From a plasmid: a DNA stretch of 64,000 nucleotides. The notes under the pieces were generated by a model that worked only from the letters and a program-made list of their open reading frames with translations, searched no databases and was not told the origin of the DNA. The translations under genes were made by a program, and so were the position numbers. Each line of letters begins with the position of its first letter. The first letter of the stretch is position 1. Positions 32,780 to 47,309 of this stretch are shown here, in pieces. The DNA is taken from the sequence record OW969666.1; one strand, written 5' to 3'.

Positions 32780-32965
32780 TCCCGGGTAAGTATGGATATG
32801 TGATGCATATCCGGAATGAGGTTCATTGCACCGGGTGTGTGCATATGTTCAGTATAGGCAGATGTTCGGCATATGTATATATAGAGCATATGCAGATGGT
32901 GAGTATATGCGTATGCCATACCTATGCAGATGTCAGGCATATGGATATGCTTTGCATATCCTTTC
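32780..32965. repeat. Cluster of GCATATG / GCAGATG heptamer repeats bounded by ~20-bp direct repeats, immediately upstream of vapBC
   Basis: TATGGATATG-N3-GCATATCC occurs at ~32787 and ~32941. There are at least 8 copies of GCA(T/G)ATG between them. Confidence 0.45.
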
Positions 32966-33306
32966 TTTTCACTTTTCCCGGTCAGATCCGAAAAAAGGTA
33001 GTTCCGGATCACGGCGATTTTCTGCGCTGATTTGTGAAACGAAAATTAAAAATGTGCTACACTTTAAGTAGTTAGATAACTTTCACCCTCTCCGCATCAG
33101 ACCGACCTGACGAGTAAATCCTGTTAATCTGTTCATCATCGCTTCCGAAAACTTTGCTATTATGAATTTTTCGGAAGTCAAAAAGAGTGAGATCCGGTAA
33201 TTGCGGGCGGTGACTGTTATTCTGCTAATCACTGCGGGCGGGCAACGGAATGTTCTGCTGGCGATGATAAATAAATAGAACTAATAGATATTAAATAATA
33301 AGGAAG

Positions 33307-33603
33307 TTGATTATGAATATGAAAATTACACTGAGTGTTTTATTTGAGGCTCTCATAATCCTTGGGCATGACAGAGTCTGGATGGAAGAATCGGAGTTTG
33401 AGCACATATACGGATACGGCTGCTACCGTGAGATACACACTTGGGACGATCGCACAGTTGCCTGGTGGGATGATGCTGATGACACATGGTATCTGTCCAC
33501 AGAAGTCGATGTGATAACTCCTTTCCTTGGCCCTCTCCCAAAGAAAGAAGGAGAGCTCTCCGAGGAAAAATGCTTCCAGTTAATGACTCTTGGTCGCTAC
33601 TGA
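33307..33603 (+). CDS. Hypothetical protein
   Basis: 98-aa ORF, Trp/Asp-rich, with a good SD (aaggaag). Confidence 0.4.
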   Translation: MIMNMKITLSVLFEALIILGHDRVWMEESEFEHIYGYGCYREIHTWDDRTVAWWDDADDTWYLSTEVDVITPFLGPLPKKEGELSEEKCFQLMTLGRY

Positions 33604-33733
33604 TAGCCGACAGCAGCATTTAATGAGTGGTCGGCTGGACACCCTCTGGCGGCCACATGTCACTCGATAGTGTAGTCCGGCGGGATTTCTCCCTGAAGAT
33701 GATCCAGACATTAACGTAAAGGATACAGGAACG

Positions 33734-34264
33734 ATGTGTAAACTGACCGGTTTTATAATGGGGCTGACGATCCTGCTGGGTGTGACTGCACGGGATGCAG
33801 GGGCGGCAACGCTCAGTGAAATGCGGATGGTTAATGCCAGTCAGAAACCCGGGATGGTGATTATCTGCAGCCGGACCTCGGAGATTCCGCAGAAAGGTGA
33901 ATCCCCCGTTCGTATAGAAAGTCTCCTCAGGGGCGTGGTACTGCAGAACGACGGTGATCGCATGATGTTTGACGTGACCTATACACAGCGAAACGCTGAA
34001 GAGAGTATTCCTTTTCGTACGGAAAAATACCGGCTGACCACTGAGCTGGAAGCCACCCGCCAGAAAATGGCCATCGATCCTGAGACGATAGAACTATCGC
34101 TTCCGCGTGCCCGCGGTCTTGAAGAAACTTTTCTCGCGGGGATGAAAGCAAGCCCGGTTTCGTTTGAAGATTACACCAATTACCGTGTCAAATCTGCTAC
34201 CGAGTATCTGATCCTGCCGGGTCCGGCATCCCCGGATGCACCGGTGATGCACTGCACACTCTAA
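33734..34264 (+). CDS. Hypothetical secreted protein
   Basis: 176 aa with signal-peptide-like MGLTILLGVTARDAGAA. Confidence 0.45.
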   Translation: MCKLTGFIMGLTILLGVTARDAGAATLSEMRMVNASQKPGMVIICSRTSEIPQKGESPVRIESLLRGVVLQNDGDRMMFDVTYTQRNAEESIPFRTEKYRLTTELEATRQKMAIDPETIELSLPRARGLEETFLAGMKASPVSFEDYTNYRVKSATEYLILPGPASPDAPVMHCTL

Positions 34265-34282
34265 TGACAATGGTGACATAAC

Positions 34283-35059
34283 ATGATGCCAGCACTGCCA
34301 GGCCATAGCGGGGCTTTTTCCTCTGCTCAGCTGCCGGTGGCCATCGATTACCCGGCCGCGCTGGCACTGCGCCAGATGGCGCTCGTTCAGGACGAACTGC
34401 CGAAATACCTGCTGGCGCCGGAAGTGAGCGCCCTGCTCCACTACGTGCCCGATCTTCACCGTAAGATGCTGCTGACCACCCTGTGGAACACCGGCGCCCG
34501 TATTAACGAAGCACTGGCCCTGACCCGGAGTGATTTTTCCCTGGCCCCGCCCTACCCGTTCGTGCAACTGGCAACCCTCAAACAGCGGGTGGAGAAAGCG
34601 GCCCGAACGGCCGGCCGTGCTCCGGCCGGCAGCCAGCCTCATCGTAACGTTCCGCTTTCCGATCCGCAGTATGCCCGCCAGCTGGAAATGATGGTGGCCA
34701 CCCTGAAAATACCGCTGGAACGCCGGAATAAGCGCACCGGCAGAACGGAAAAGGTGCGCATCTGGGAGATCACCGACCGTACCGTTCGCACCTGGCTGGG
34801 CGAAGCTGTTGAAGCGGCAGCCGCCGACGGGGTGACGTTCTCCGTGCCGGTGACGCCACACACGTTCCGCCACTCCTACGCCATGCACATGCTGTATGCC
34901 GGAATTCCGCTGAAGGTGCTGCAGAGCCTGATGGGGCACAAGTCGATCAGCTCGACGGAAGTCTATACAAAGGTATTTGCGCTCGATGTTGCTGCAAGGC
35001 ATCGTGTGCAATTTTCAATGGCAGAGGCTGATGCTGTTGCCATGCTGAAAAAAAGATAA
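34283..35059 (+). CDS. resD: Tyrosine site-specific recombinase / multimer resolvase (F ResD-like)
   Basis: 258 aa with C-terminal R-H-R-Y catalytic motifs (HTFRHSYAMHML...GHKSISSTEVYT). Confidence 0.8.
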   Translation: MMPALPGHSGAFSSAQLPVAIDYPAALALRQMALVQDELPKYLLAPEVSALLHYVPDLHRKMLLTTLWNTGARINEALALTRSDFSLAPPYPFVQLATLKQRVEKAARTAGRAPAGSQPHRNVPLSDPQYARQLEMMVATLKIPLERRNKRTGRTEKVRIWEITDRTVRTWLGEAVEAAAADGVTFSVPVTPHTFRHSYAMHMLYAGIPLKVLQSLMGHKSISSTEVYTKVFALDVAARHRVQFSMAEADAVAMLKKR

Positions 35060-35319
35060 CTAAATTTGTCAAAATTTACAGACAGTTGTAATGACATCCA
35101 CTTATTCGATAATAAATTAATCTTGCGTTACGTGAAAACTGACAGGGGTCCAGGCTGTACCAGGCCGGAATTCACGTAACGCACTTTACGTCTTCTTCAT
35201 TACTTACCTTTTCGTTCCGATCCTGTTCATCCCTGCATTGCCCCCTTTTCTTCATAACGCATTTCACTGTTGCCGAAAGCCCATGGGGTCGACTTTGCGA
35301 CCGCGGCCGCACTCAGAAG

Positions 35320-35500
35320 GATGGCCACTTTAACCGGCGCCACCCTGGCGTACCTACTCGTCCCCGAAGTGAGAGCCCTACTCTTCTATATGCCGGATCT
35401 TCACCATTAAATGCTGTTCTCTACTTTCTGGAACACGGGAGTGCGGATCAGTGAATCCCGGACGCTGCCCCCGGAATCCTTTGATCTCGGTGGGTTAAGA
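35320..35500 (+). pseudogene. Degenerate remnant of a second resD-like recombinase gene
   Basis: The translation '[33 protein letters not shown]' parallels ResD residues 'LLAPEVSALLHYVPDLHRKMLLTTLWNTGARINE', with an in-frame stop. Confidence 0.45.
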
Positions 35501-35544
35501 CCCTTTGTGAAAGTACTGGGCTAAGGGCATCCGCCCTGACGAAC

Positions 35545-35760
35545 AATATTGACTAAGTGATGAAAGTAAACATATCGCAGTGAAGATGTTGAGCAGACTG
35601 CCCGCTCTTCCACACACCGCAGTCAATATCAATACTCCGGTAGGCCTATCCGCATATCGCAGTCAAGGCAAGCAAAACCTAAACGGAATGATGAATCAGT
35701 ATAAATTGACTGTGGTATGCGCTCTGCATACCACAGTCAACAAACTCTAAAACGGCATTC
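35545..35760. repeat. RepFIB iteron set, downstream side
   Basis: Repeated ~13-nt units (ATATCGCAGTCAA, CACCGCAGTCAAT, CATACCACAGTCAAC, TTGACTGTGGTATG). Confidence 0.5.
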
Positions 35761-35761
35761 C

Positions 35762-36772
35762 TCAGTCATTTCCCGGTTTCACGCTGGCGAGCGCTTTTGC
35801 TAGTTTCTGAGGATCAATACCTGCAGCCTTCAGGGCTTTAATAACTTCGTCATAGTTCTGCTCAGGTACTTCCTCTTCCGGCTCACGGGGAACAACGACC
35901 TTGCTACTGATGAGTTTCGGATTACGGTAATGCACGCTGAAGTAGGTGGCCCGGCCGCGTTTGAATTCGGTGTAATCCAGATAGCCGATATCCTTCAGCT
36001 GCGCCATGGCTTTGCGCACCGTGTGGTTCTGCGTGTAGAGGTTAGACGTCAGGTTGAGTCTGTCTCGCATACGCTTCATGGAGATGGGGGCCGGATTCTG
36101 TGGCAGACTTTCAATGTAGGTATAGAGTGCCTGTGCGGACTCCTTGCGCTGCAGGGCATCAATGGCTTTCAGACGCAACAGGACCCGCCTGTCCATCTGA
36201 TAAAGCTCAAAGAGCTTGGGCTCTGCCCTGATCTCCACGACATCGGCAGTGATGTCGTAATAGGCAGACTGAACCAGGTGCGTAGTCCACCCTTTCGTTT
36301 CACTCTGAAACTTGAGGGTTACGGATGCCAGCTTGAACAGGGAGTTGCTTATCCTGTCACGCATTTTCTTGTTAGAGCGCCGGGAGTCAAAGCCACACAT
36401 TTTAACAAACTCAACAAAAGACAGCTTGAGCGTGTCATCCTTAACGCCAAAATCATACATTGAACGGATGATTCCAAGCCAGACTTTGAAGTCCGTATCC
36501 ATATCGAGGCGCGATCCGGTGATCCTGACATCGGTATACCCTTCACTCCGGGCAATGGACAGCTGTACGAGCTCCTCAGTCGCATCCGTGACGTTTTTGC
36601 GGTTCGTCTTACTCCTAGAGGTCGATTTGAGGGTAGGAACGAACAGACCAAGCCTCATGAGCGCAACAGGCTGAACAGTACTGGCGCTGTTGACATCCAG
36701 CTTAACAACTTCACCCGTTGTCTTATTGACCTCCTGAAGATTCAGGGGTAACTCATTATTTTCCATAGCCAT
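35762..36772 (-). CDS. repB: Iteron-binding replication initiator (RepFIB/RepE family)
   Basis: 336-aa Rep_3-type initiator flanked on both sides by iterons. Confidence 0.85.
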   Translation of the reverse strand: MAMENNELPLNLQEVNKTTGEVVKLDVNSASTVQPVALMRLGLFVPTLKSTSRSKTNRKNVTDATEELVQLSIARSEGYTDVRITGSRLDMDTDFKVWLGIIRSMYDFGVKDDTLKLSFVEFVKMCGFDSRRSNKKMRDRISNSLFKLASVTLKFQSETKGWTTHLVQSAYYDITADVVEIRAEPKLFELYQMDRRVLLRLKAIDALQRKESAQALYTYIESLPQNPAPISMKRMRDRLNLTSNLYTQNHTVRKAMAQLKDIGYLDYTEFKRGRATYFSVHYRNPKLISSKVVVPREPEEEVPEQNYDEVIKALKAAGIDPQKLAKALASVKPGND

Positions 36773-36789
36773 TTTATTAACCCGCGGTT

Positions 36790-37230
36790 ATCCACAAACG
36801 AAAGTATATACGCATATCACAGTCAACGGAAATACATACCCCAGTTAATACAATTGCATACCGCAATAGTTGATCTCGCACACAACAGTCAACATACCAC
36901 ACACCACAGTTAATGAAGATAGTCTCCAGGCTCAGGCGTAGCGGGGCGCTAAACGATCCGGGGATCTCTTTTTGATCTCAACATGATCTCCTTAAGGATC
37001 AATTACTGGATCGAAATATGGAATAACAGCCAGCATCCAATACATATGGACCACTGACATGACACAATGTGAATCTTGGTACAACAACCCAGTAATACAA
37101 CACCAGGAAAGGCAATAGTCTTGACTGTGATATGCAGAAAAATGCATGTCATTACTCTTCCCTATTCCTATTCAGCTTCATACCGCAGTCAATAATCTGC
37201 ATACTATAGTCAATTCCTTACCATTCAGTT
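36790..37230. repeat. RepFIB iteron set, upstream side (includes the rep promoter/operator)
   Basis: At least 9 copies of the (C/A)ACAGTCAA(C/T) / ACCGCAGTCAAT core in both orientations. Confidence 0.5.
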
Positions 37231-37512
37231 CCTTCCAGTGGAGCTTCGTTAGCTTCAGAGCGTCAGCCACACCTTGTTAGTACGGAGTAATTCCGCTTCC
37301 TCGACGCATGCGCCTACGCGCGCATACTTTCTGCGGCGAGCGGATGATATTGACTGAAGCATGCGGCAGCCTTTCAGGCGGATGCTGAACTGAACAAGAC
37401 TATATTTTGATCGGCTTTGCAATATTTAAGACGGTTTGCAACTTTAATGTTGCTTTGCGCCTTTTACCAAGATTTAATAGATTAATGCAAAGATAATAAT
37501 AAGGAACAAAGA

Positions 37513-38679
37513 ATGGGACTGATGGAAACGCTTGACCAGTGCATTACGGCCGGTCATGAAATGACGAAAGCTATCGCGATTGCACAGTTTAACGATGATA
37601 GCCCGGAAGCCAGGAAAATTACCCGTCGCTGGCGTGTGGGTGAGGCCGCCGATCTGATTGGCGTTTCTTCTCAGGCAATCCGTGATGCAGAAAAAGCAGG
37701 ACGCCTTCCCCATCCTGATATGGAAATGCGTGGACGTGTAGAGCAGCGGGTGGGCTACACCATTGAACAAATCAACCATATGCGGGATGTATTTGGCACC
37801 CGTCTGCGCCGTCCTGATGACAGCGTTCCGCCCGTCATCGCGGTGGCAGCACATAAAGGGGGTGTCTATAAGACATCTGTATCTGTACATTTGGCACAGG
37901 ACCTGGCGCTGAAAGGGCTGCGAGTACTGCTTGTCGAAGGGAACGATCCTCAAGGCACAGCCTCCATGTACCACGGCTGGGTCCCTGATTTGCATATCCA
38001 TGCCGAAGACACACTGCTGCCTTTTTATCTTGGTGAGCGCGATGATGCAGCCTATGCCGTCAAAGCCACCTGCTGGCCGGGTCTCGACATCATACCTTCA
38101 TGCCTGGCTCTGCACCGCATTGAGACAGAACTAATGGGAAGGTTTGACAACGGGAAACTGCCGACAGAACCTCATATGATGCTTCGCCTGGCCATCGAAA
38201 CAGTGGCCCATGATTATGATGTCATTGTTATCGACAGTGCACCGAACCTCGGTATTGGTACCATCAATGTCGTCTGTGCTGCAGATGTACTCATCGTGCC
38301 AACGCCAGCAGAGTTATTTGATTACACCTCTGCCCTTCAGTTTTTTGACATGCTGCGCGACCTGTTAAAAAACGTGGACCTGCAGGGTTTTGAACCTGAC
38401 GTTAGAATTCTTCTGACCAAGTACAGCAATAACAATGGCTCACAGTCACCCTGGATGGAAGAACAGATCCGCGATGCCTGGGGAAGCATGGTACTGAAAA
38501 ACGTTGTTCGCGAGACCGACGAAGTCGGTAAAGGTCAGATCCGTATGAGAACGGTGTTTGAGCAGGCTATCGATCAGCGCTCATCTACAGGAGCCTGGCG
38601 AAATGCGCTGTCTATCTGGGAGCCTGTCTGTAATGAAATTTTTGATCGCCTGATTAAACCTCGCTGGGAGATCAGATAA
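37513..38679 (+). CDS. sopA: Partition ATPase SopA/ParA (type Ia)
   Basis: 388 aa with an N-terminal HTH extension and a deviant Walker A (KGGVYKTS). Confidence 0.85.
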   Translation: MGLMETLDQCITAGHEMTKAIAIAQFNDDSPEARKITRRWRVGEAADLIGVSSQAIRDAEKAGRLPHPDMEMRGRVEQRVGYTIEQINHMRDVFGTRLRRPDDSVPPVIAVAAHKGGVYKTSVSVHLAQDLALKGLRVLLVEGNDPQGTASMYHGWVPDLHIHAEDTLLPFYLGERDDAAYAVKATCWPGLDIIPSCLALHRIETELMGRFDNGKLPTEPHMMLRLAIETVAHDYDVIVIDSAPNLGIGTINVVCAADVLIVPTPAELFDYTSALQFFDMLRDLLKNVDLQGFEPDVRILLTKYSNNNGSQSPWMEEQIRDAWGSMVLKNVVRETDEVGKGQIRMRTVFEQAIDQRSSTGAWRNALSIWEPVCNEIFDRLIKPRWEIR

Positions 38680-39644
38680 TGAAACGTGCACCAGTCATTC
38701 CAAAACATACCGTAAAAGATATCCGCCCCGAAACTGAACCTTCAGCGGCACCCGCTGCACCGATGGTTGATTCATTAATTGCACGGGTTGGAGCCATGGC
38801 CCGCGGGAATACCATTCTGCTTCCGGTTTGTGGCCGGGAAGTGAAATTTATTCTGGAAGCGATCCCGGGCGAGAGTGTTGAGACGGCATCAAGAGTCTGG
38901 TCAGGTAATGAACGTGACCAGGAACTACTGACCGAAGACGCGCTTGATGATCTGATTCCCTCTTTTATGCTGAGTGGTCAACAGACGCCTGCGTTCGGAC
39001 GAAGGGTAGAAGGTGTCATTGAAATTGCTGATGGTAGTCGCCGTCGTAAAGCCGCCATACTGACATCATCAGATTATCGTGTTCTCGTCGGGGATCTCGA
39101 TGACGAACAGATGATGGCTTTATCACGGCTGGGTAATGATTATCGTCCTGTCAGCGCTTATGAACGGGGCAACCGTTATGCACAGCGGTTGGAAAATGAT
39201 TTTAACGGCAATATCTCTGCTCTGGCTGAAGCTGAGAATATTTCCCGTAAAATCATCACGCGTTGCATCAACACGGCCCATTTGCCAAAATCAGTGGTTG
39301 CCCTGTTTACTCATCCTGGTGAACTTTCCGCCCGCTCTGGGGAGACGCTGTACAAAGCATTTTCGGGAAAAGAAGCTTTATTGTTGCAACGGACACAACA
39401 GCTTCATGAGCAAAAGAAAGCGGGAGTTATCTTTGAATCCGAGGAAGTTATTGGTTTACTGACGGATGTTCTGAAAGAGCCATCAGGTAAAAAAGTAAAC
39501 CTTAATACCCGTCATCAATTTGTACCTGGTGCGACAGCCCTATACAAAGGCGATAAGGTGATTTTTAATCTCGATAAATCTCGTTTGCCTGCCGAGTGTA
39601 TCGAGAAGATAGAAAGCATACTGCGCGACTTACAAAAAGTTTAG
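38679..39644 (+). CDS. sopB: Centromere-binding protein SopB/ParB
   Basis: 321-aa ParB-family protein overlapping the sopA stop (ATGA). Confidence 0.85.
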   Translation: MKRAPVIPKHTVKDIRPETEPSAAPAAPMVDSLIARVGAMARGNTILLPVCGREVKFILEAIPGESVETASRVWSGNERDQELLTEDALDDLIPSFMLSGQQTPAFGRRVEGVIEIADGSRRRKAAILTSSDYRVLVGDLDDEQMMALSRLGNDYRPVSAYERGNRYAQRLENDFNGNISALAEAENISRKIITRCINTAHLPKSVVALFTHPGELSARSGETLYKAFSGKEALLLQRTQQLHEQKKAGVIFESEEVIGLLTDVLKEPSGKKVNLNTRHQFVPGATALYKGDKVIFNLDKSRLPAECIEKIESILRDLQKV

Positions 39645-39849
39645 CCTGTTTAATGATACACGCGAGAGTCTTCATTAATTTCCAATATCCTTAATGCGTT
39701 ACATGCTGCTTCGGAATATATACATCCGAAGCAGTTATTTTCTGCACTATAGCCCAGTGTTGTTAAAAAGATCTGTTTACTTCTCCCAACCTGATTGTTA
39801 CCACAATCTAAAGATCCAGTTTTTTCTAGTTTTCCTTAACTAGTTCCGC

Positions 39850-40130
39850 AGTTCACCCCTCAACCTGCATATCAGAACTCAGACGGTAACCCATCCCGGA
39901 ATACTGATTTCATACACCAGATTAACTGGGACCACGGTCCCACTTCCTACTTGCGTGTCAGAACTCACCCGTCAAGCCCGCTTGGAATATCGATTCCACA
40001 CGCCGGATTTAACTGGGACCACGGTCCCACCTCCTACTTGCGTGTCAGAACTCATCCTTCAACCCCGTCTGGAATATCGATTCCACACGCCGGATTTAAC
40101 TGGGACCATGGTCCCACTCTATTCAGCTGT
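39850..40130. repeat. sopC-like centromere: ~3.5 direct repeats of 87 bp, each with the palindrome TGGGACCACGGTCCCA
   Basis: The palindrome occurs at 39927, 40014 and 40101 (the third has ACCATGG). The inter-palindrome sequence is conserved. Confidence 0.65.
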
Positions 40131-40293
40131 TTCTATCACAATACAGATTTTGAGATTGTTACTGTGATTCCTGTATTAGGTGCGTAAGAAGATTATGTTC
40201 GTTTTGTTCCCTGGTGCTTCCTCGCTCACTCGCGGGCTTCGCCCTGTCGTTCGGCTGCGGCGAGCACTACTGGCTCTCTCAGAAAAGCAGAAT

Positions 40294-40989
40294 TTATCTG
40301 ATCCTCGCAACGGGAATATCTTTCCAGCGGGTGGTGTACGCAGGGGAGAGCATATCGCGTTTCATTTGCCATGATGGCGCTATCCCTCGCCCGGCAAACC
40401 AGATCTGTCCCAGACCGGAATGATTAATGCCATCGAGAACCTTCATCAGCTCAGAGCTGTGAGGACGTGGCGGACGTTCGTCGAACAGCTGCAGCTGCGA
40501 AACGCCGGAGCCGGTGAAGTCATTCAGCATCACACCGGCTTTGGCATACAGGTGCCCATCCTTCCAGATACGCTCCAGAGCCGTTGTGGCGGCCGCAATA
40601 ATGTCCCGGGTGTCCTGAGTGGGTGTAAGCAGTTTCTCCGTGGCCACGTTGCCGTAGTAAGGCTCTTTAACGGCGAACGGAGACGTTTTGATGAAAACGG
40701 AAATATGCCGGCAGTACTGGCGCTCTTTCCGCAGCTTTTCAGAGGCCCGCTCTGCGTACTGACAGACAGCCTGGCGGAGCGAATCGTACTCCGTGATTTT
40801 CTCTCCAAAGCTGCGGCTGCAGACGATCTGCTGTTTCGTCGGTGGTGCTTCCTCAAGCGACATGCAGCTTTCCCCGTTCAGTTCGCGTACTGTTCGCTCG
40901 AGAACGACGGAGAAATTTTTGCGTATAAAGGCCGGGTTCGTCAGGGCCAGATCGAGCGCGGTCCTGATACCCAGTACATTAAGTTTGCG
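40294..40989 (-). pseudogene. umuC: Y-family DNA polymerase subunit UmuC/MucB, C-terminal part only (5' end removed by IS26)
   Basis: The frame is open up to the IS26 boundary at 40990, and the C-terminal UmuC-family region is recognisable. Confidence 0.7.
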
Positions 40990-42419
<1,430 letters not shown>

Positions 42420-42428
42420 TCAGATTGA

Positions 42429-42477
42429 CACTCTATCATTGATAGGGATATATTCCAACTCTATCAATGATAGGGAA
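42429..42477. promoter_or_regulatory. Tandem tet operators (tetO1/tetO2)
   Basis: ACTCTATCATTGATAGGGAT and ACTCTATCAATGATAGGGAA palindromes. Confidence 0.65.
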
Positions 42478-42496
42478 TTAACACAGGATCTGAAAA

Positions 42497-44885
<2,389 letters not shown>

Positions 44886-44906
44886 TAACGTATTCAGGGA
44901 GATACT

Positions 44907-45321
44907 ATGGAACGGATTGAACATCACGTCTGTTTCGGCGGCAGCCAGGAAGTCTGGCGTCACCACTCTGCGGTGACCGGCACGCCGATGACTTTTTCCG
45001 TGTTTCTGCCGCCGCAGGCAAAAACAGAGAAATGTCCTGTGCTGTACTGGCTTTCCGGGCTGACCTGCAACGAGCAGAATTTTATCACCAAAGCCGGGGC
45101 ACAGCGTTACGCAGCGGAACACGGCCTGGTGATTGTCGCGCCGGATACCAGTCCGCGCGGCAGTCAGGTGGCGGATGATAAAGAGTACGATCTCGGCCAG
45201 GGTGCCGGGTTTTATGTCAATGCCACACAGGAGCCGTGGAAAGCGCATTATCAGATGTATGATTATATTCTGAATGAGCTGCACACCCTGGTAAGCGGGC
45301 ATTTCGGCACATCGGAAAAAC
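44907..45321 (+). pseudogene. frmB: S-formylglutathione hydrolase (FrmB/esterase D), 3' end truncated by IS26
   Basis: N-terminal 138 aa of an ~278-aa esterase, with its reading frame running into the IS26 IR. Confidence 0.7.
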
Positions 45322-46142
45322 GGGCACTGTTGCAAAGTTAGCGATGAGGCAGCCTTTTGTCTTATTCAAAGGCCTTACATTTCAAAAACTCTGCTTACCA
45401 GGCGCATTTCGCCCAGGGGATCACCATAATAAAATGCTGAGGCCTGGCCTTTGCGTAGTGCACGCATCACCTCAATACCTTTGATGGTGGCGTAAGCCGT
45501 CTTCATGGATTTAAATCCCAGCGTGGCGCCGATTATCCGTTTCAGTTTGCCATGATCGCATTCAATCACGTTGTTCCGGTACTTAATCTGTCGGTGTTCA
45601 ACGTCAGACGGGCACCGGCCTTCGCGTTTGAGCAGAGCAAGCGCGCGACCATAGGCGGGCGCTTTATCCGTGTTGATGAATCGCGGGATCTGCCACTTCT
45701 TCACGTTGTTGAGGATTTTACCCAGAAACCGGTATGCAGCTTTGCTGTTACGACGGGAGGAGAGATAAAAATCGACAGTGCGGCCCCGGCTGTCGACGGC
45801 CCGGTACAGATACGCCCAGCGGCCATTGACCTTCACGTAGGTTTCATCCATGTGCCACGGGCAAAGATCGGAAGGGTTACGCCAGTACCAGCGCAGCCGT
45901 TTTTCCATTTCAGGCGCATAACGCTGAACCCAGCGGTAAATCGTGGAGTGATCGACATTCACTCCGCGTTCAGCCAGCATCTCCTGCAGCTCACGGTAAC
46001 TGATGCCGTATTTGCAGTACCAGCGTACGGCCCACAGAATGATGTCACGCTGAAAATGCCGGCCTTTGAATGGGTTCATGTGCAGCTCCATCAGCAAAAG
46101 GGGATGATAAGTTTATCACCACCGACTATTTGCAACAGTGCC
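45322..46142 (-). mobile_element. IS26 (copy 2), directly abutting the 3' end of intI1
   Basis: Identical sequence and IRs. Same orientation as copy 1. Confidence 0.9.
45375..46079 (-). CDS. tnp26: IS26 transposase
   Basis: Identical to the other Tnp26 copies. Confidence 0.9.
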   Translation of the reverse strand: MNPFKGRHFQRDIILWAVRWYCKYGISYRELQEMLAERGVNVDHSTIYRWVQRYAPEMEKRLRWYWRNPSDLCPWHMDETYVKVNGRWAYLYRAVDSRGRTVDFYLSSRRNSKAAYRFLGKILNNVKKWQIPRFINTDKAPAYGRALALLKREGRCPSDVEHRQIKYRNNVIECDHGKLKRIIGATLGFKSMKTAYATIKGIEVMRALRKGQASAFYYGDPLGEMRLVSRVFEM

Positions 46143-46149
46143 CGCTGCC

Positions 46150-47163
46150 CTACCTCTCACTAGTGAGGGGCGGCAGCGCATCAAGCGGTGAGCGCACTCC
46201 GGCACCGCCAACTTTCAGCACATGCGTGTAAATCATCGTCGTAGAGACGTCGGAATGGCCGAGCAGATCCTGCACGGTTCGAATGTCGTAACCGCTGCGG
46301 AGCAAGGCCGTCGCGAACGAGTGGCGGAGGGTGTGCGGTGTGGCGGGCTTCGTGATGCCTGCTTGTTCTACGGCACGTTTGAAGGCGCGCTGAAAGGTCT
46401 GGTCATACATGTGATGGCGACGCACGACACCGCTCCGTGGATCGGTCGAATGCGTGTGCTGCGCAAAAACCCAGAACCACGGCCAGGAATGCCCGGCGCG
46501 CGGATACTTCCGCTCAAGGGCGTCGGGAAGCGCAACGCCGCTGCGGCCCTCGGCCTGGTCCTTCAGCCACCATGCCCGTGCACGCGACAGCTGCTCGCGC
46601 AGGCTGGGTGCCAAGCTCTCGGGTAACATCAAGGCCCGATCCTTGGAGCCCTTGCCCTCCCGCACGATGATCGTGCCGTGATCGAAATCCAGATCCTTGA
46701 CCCGCAGTTGCAAACCCTCACTGATCCGCATGCCCGTTCCATACAGAAGCTGGGCGAACAAACGATGCTCGCCTTCCAGAAAACCGAGGATGCGAACCAC
46801 TTCATCCGGGGTCAGCACCACCGGCAAGCGCCGCGACGGCCGAGGTCTTCCGATCTCCTGAAGCCAGGGCAGATCCGTGCACAGCACCTTGCCGTAGAAG
46901 AACAGCAAGGCCGCCAATGCCTGACGATGCGTGGAGACCGAAACCTTGCGCTCGTTCGCCAGCCAGGACAGAAATGCCTCGACTTCGCTGCTGCCCAAGG
47001 TTGCCGGGTGACGCACACCGTGGAAACGGATGAAGGCACGAACCCAGTGGACATAAGCCTGTTCGGTTCGTAAACTGTAATGCAAGTAGCGTATGCGCTC
47101 ACGCAACTGGTCCAGAACCTTGACCGAACGCAGCGGTGGTAACGGCGCAGTGGCGGTTTTCAT
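46150..47163 (-). CDS. intI1: Class 1 integron integrase IntI1
   Basis: 337 aa, [49 protein letters not shown]... Confidence 0.95.
47048..47076 (+). promoter_or_regulatory. Integron cassette promoter Pc (TGGACA-17 bp-TAAACT, PcH1-type). P2 is not activated (no GGG insertion).
   Basis: -35 TGGACA at 47048–47053 and -10 TAAACT at 47071–47076. TTGTTATGACTGTTTTTTTGTACAGTCTATG lacks GGG. Confidence 0.6.
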
Positions 47164-47169
47164 GGCTTG

Positions 47170-47300
47170 TTATGACTGTTTTTTTGTACAGTCTATGCCT
47201 CGGGCATCCAAGCAGCAAGCGCGTTACGCCGTGGGTCGATGTTTGATGTTATGGAGCAGCAACGATGTTACGCAGCAGGGCAGTCGCCCTAAAACAAAGT
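47170..47300 (+). other. attI1 recombination site
   Basis: Canonical 5'-CS sequence ending ...GCCCTAAAACAAAGTTAAC. Confidence 0.55.
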
Positions 47301-47309
47301 TAACCCAGG

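Noticed and set aside
34094-35011. 305-aa minus-strand ORF
   Set aside because: Antisense to the well-supported resD gene, with biased R/G/H composition typical of an opposite-strand shadow ORF.
39951-40187. Two 70–78-aa ORFs and a possible CRISPR-like array
   Set aside because: The ORFs lie entirely within the 87-bp sopC-like direct repeats, which explains their internally repeated peptides. The repeats are palindromic SopB boxes adjacent to sopAB, not CRISPR repeats, and there are no cas genes.
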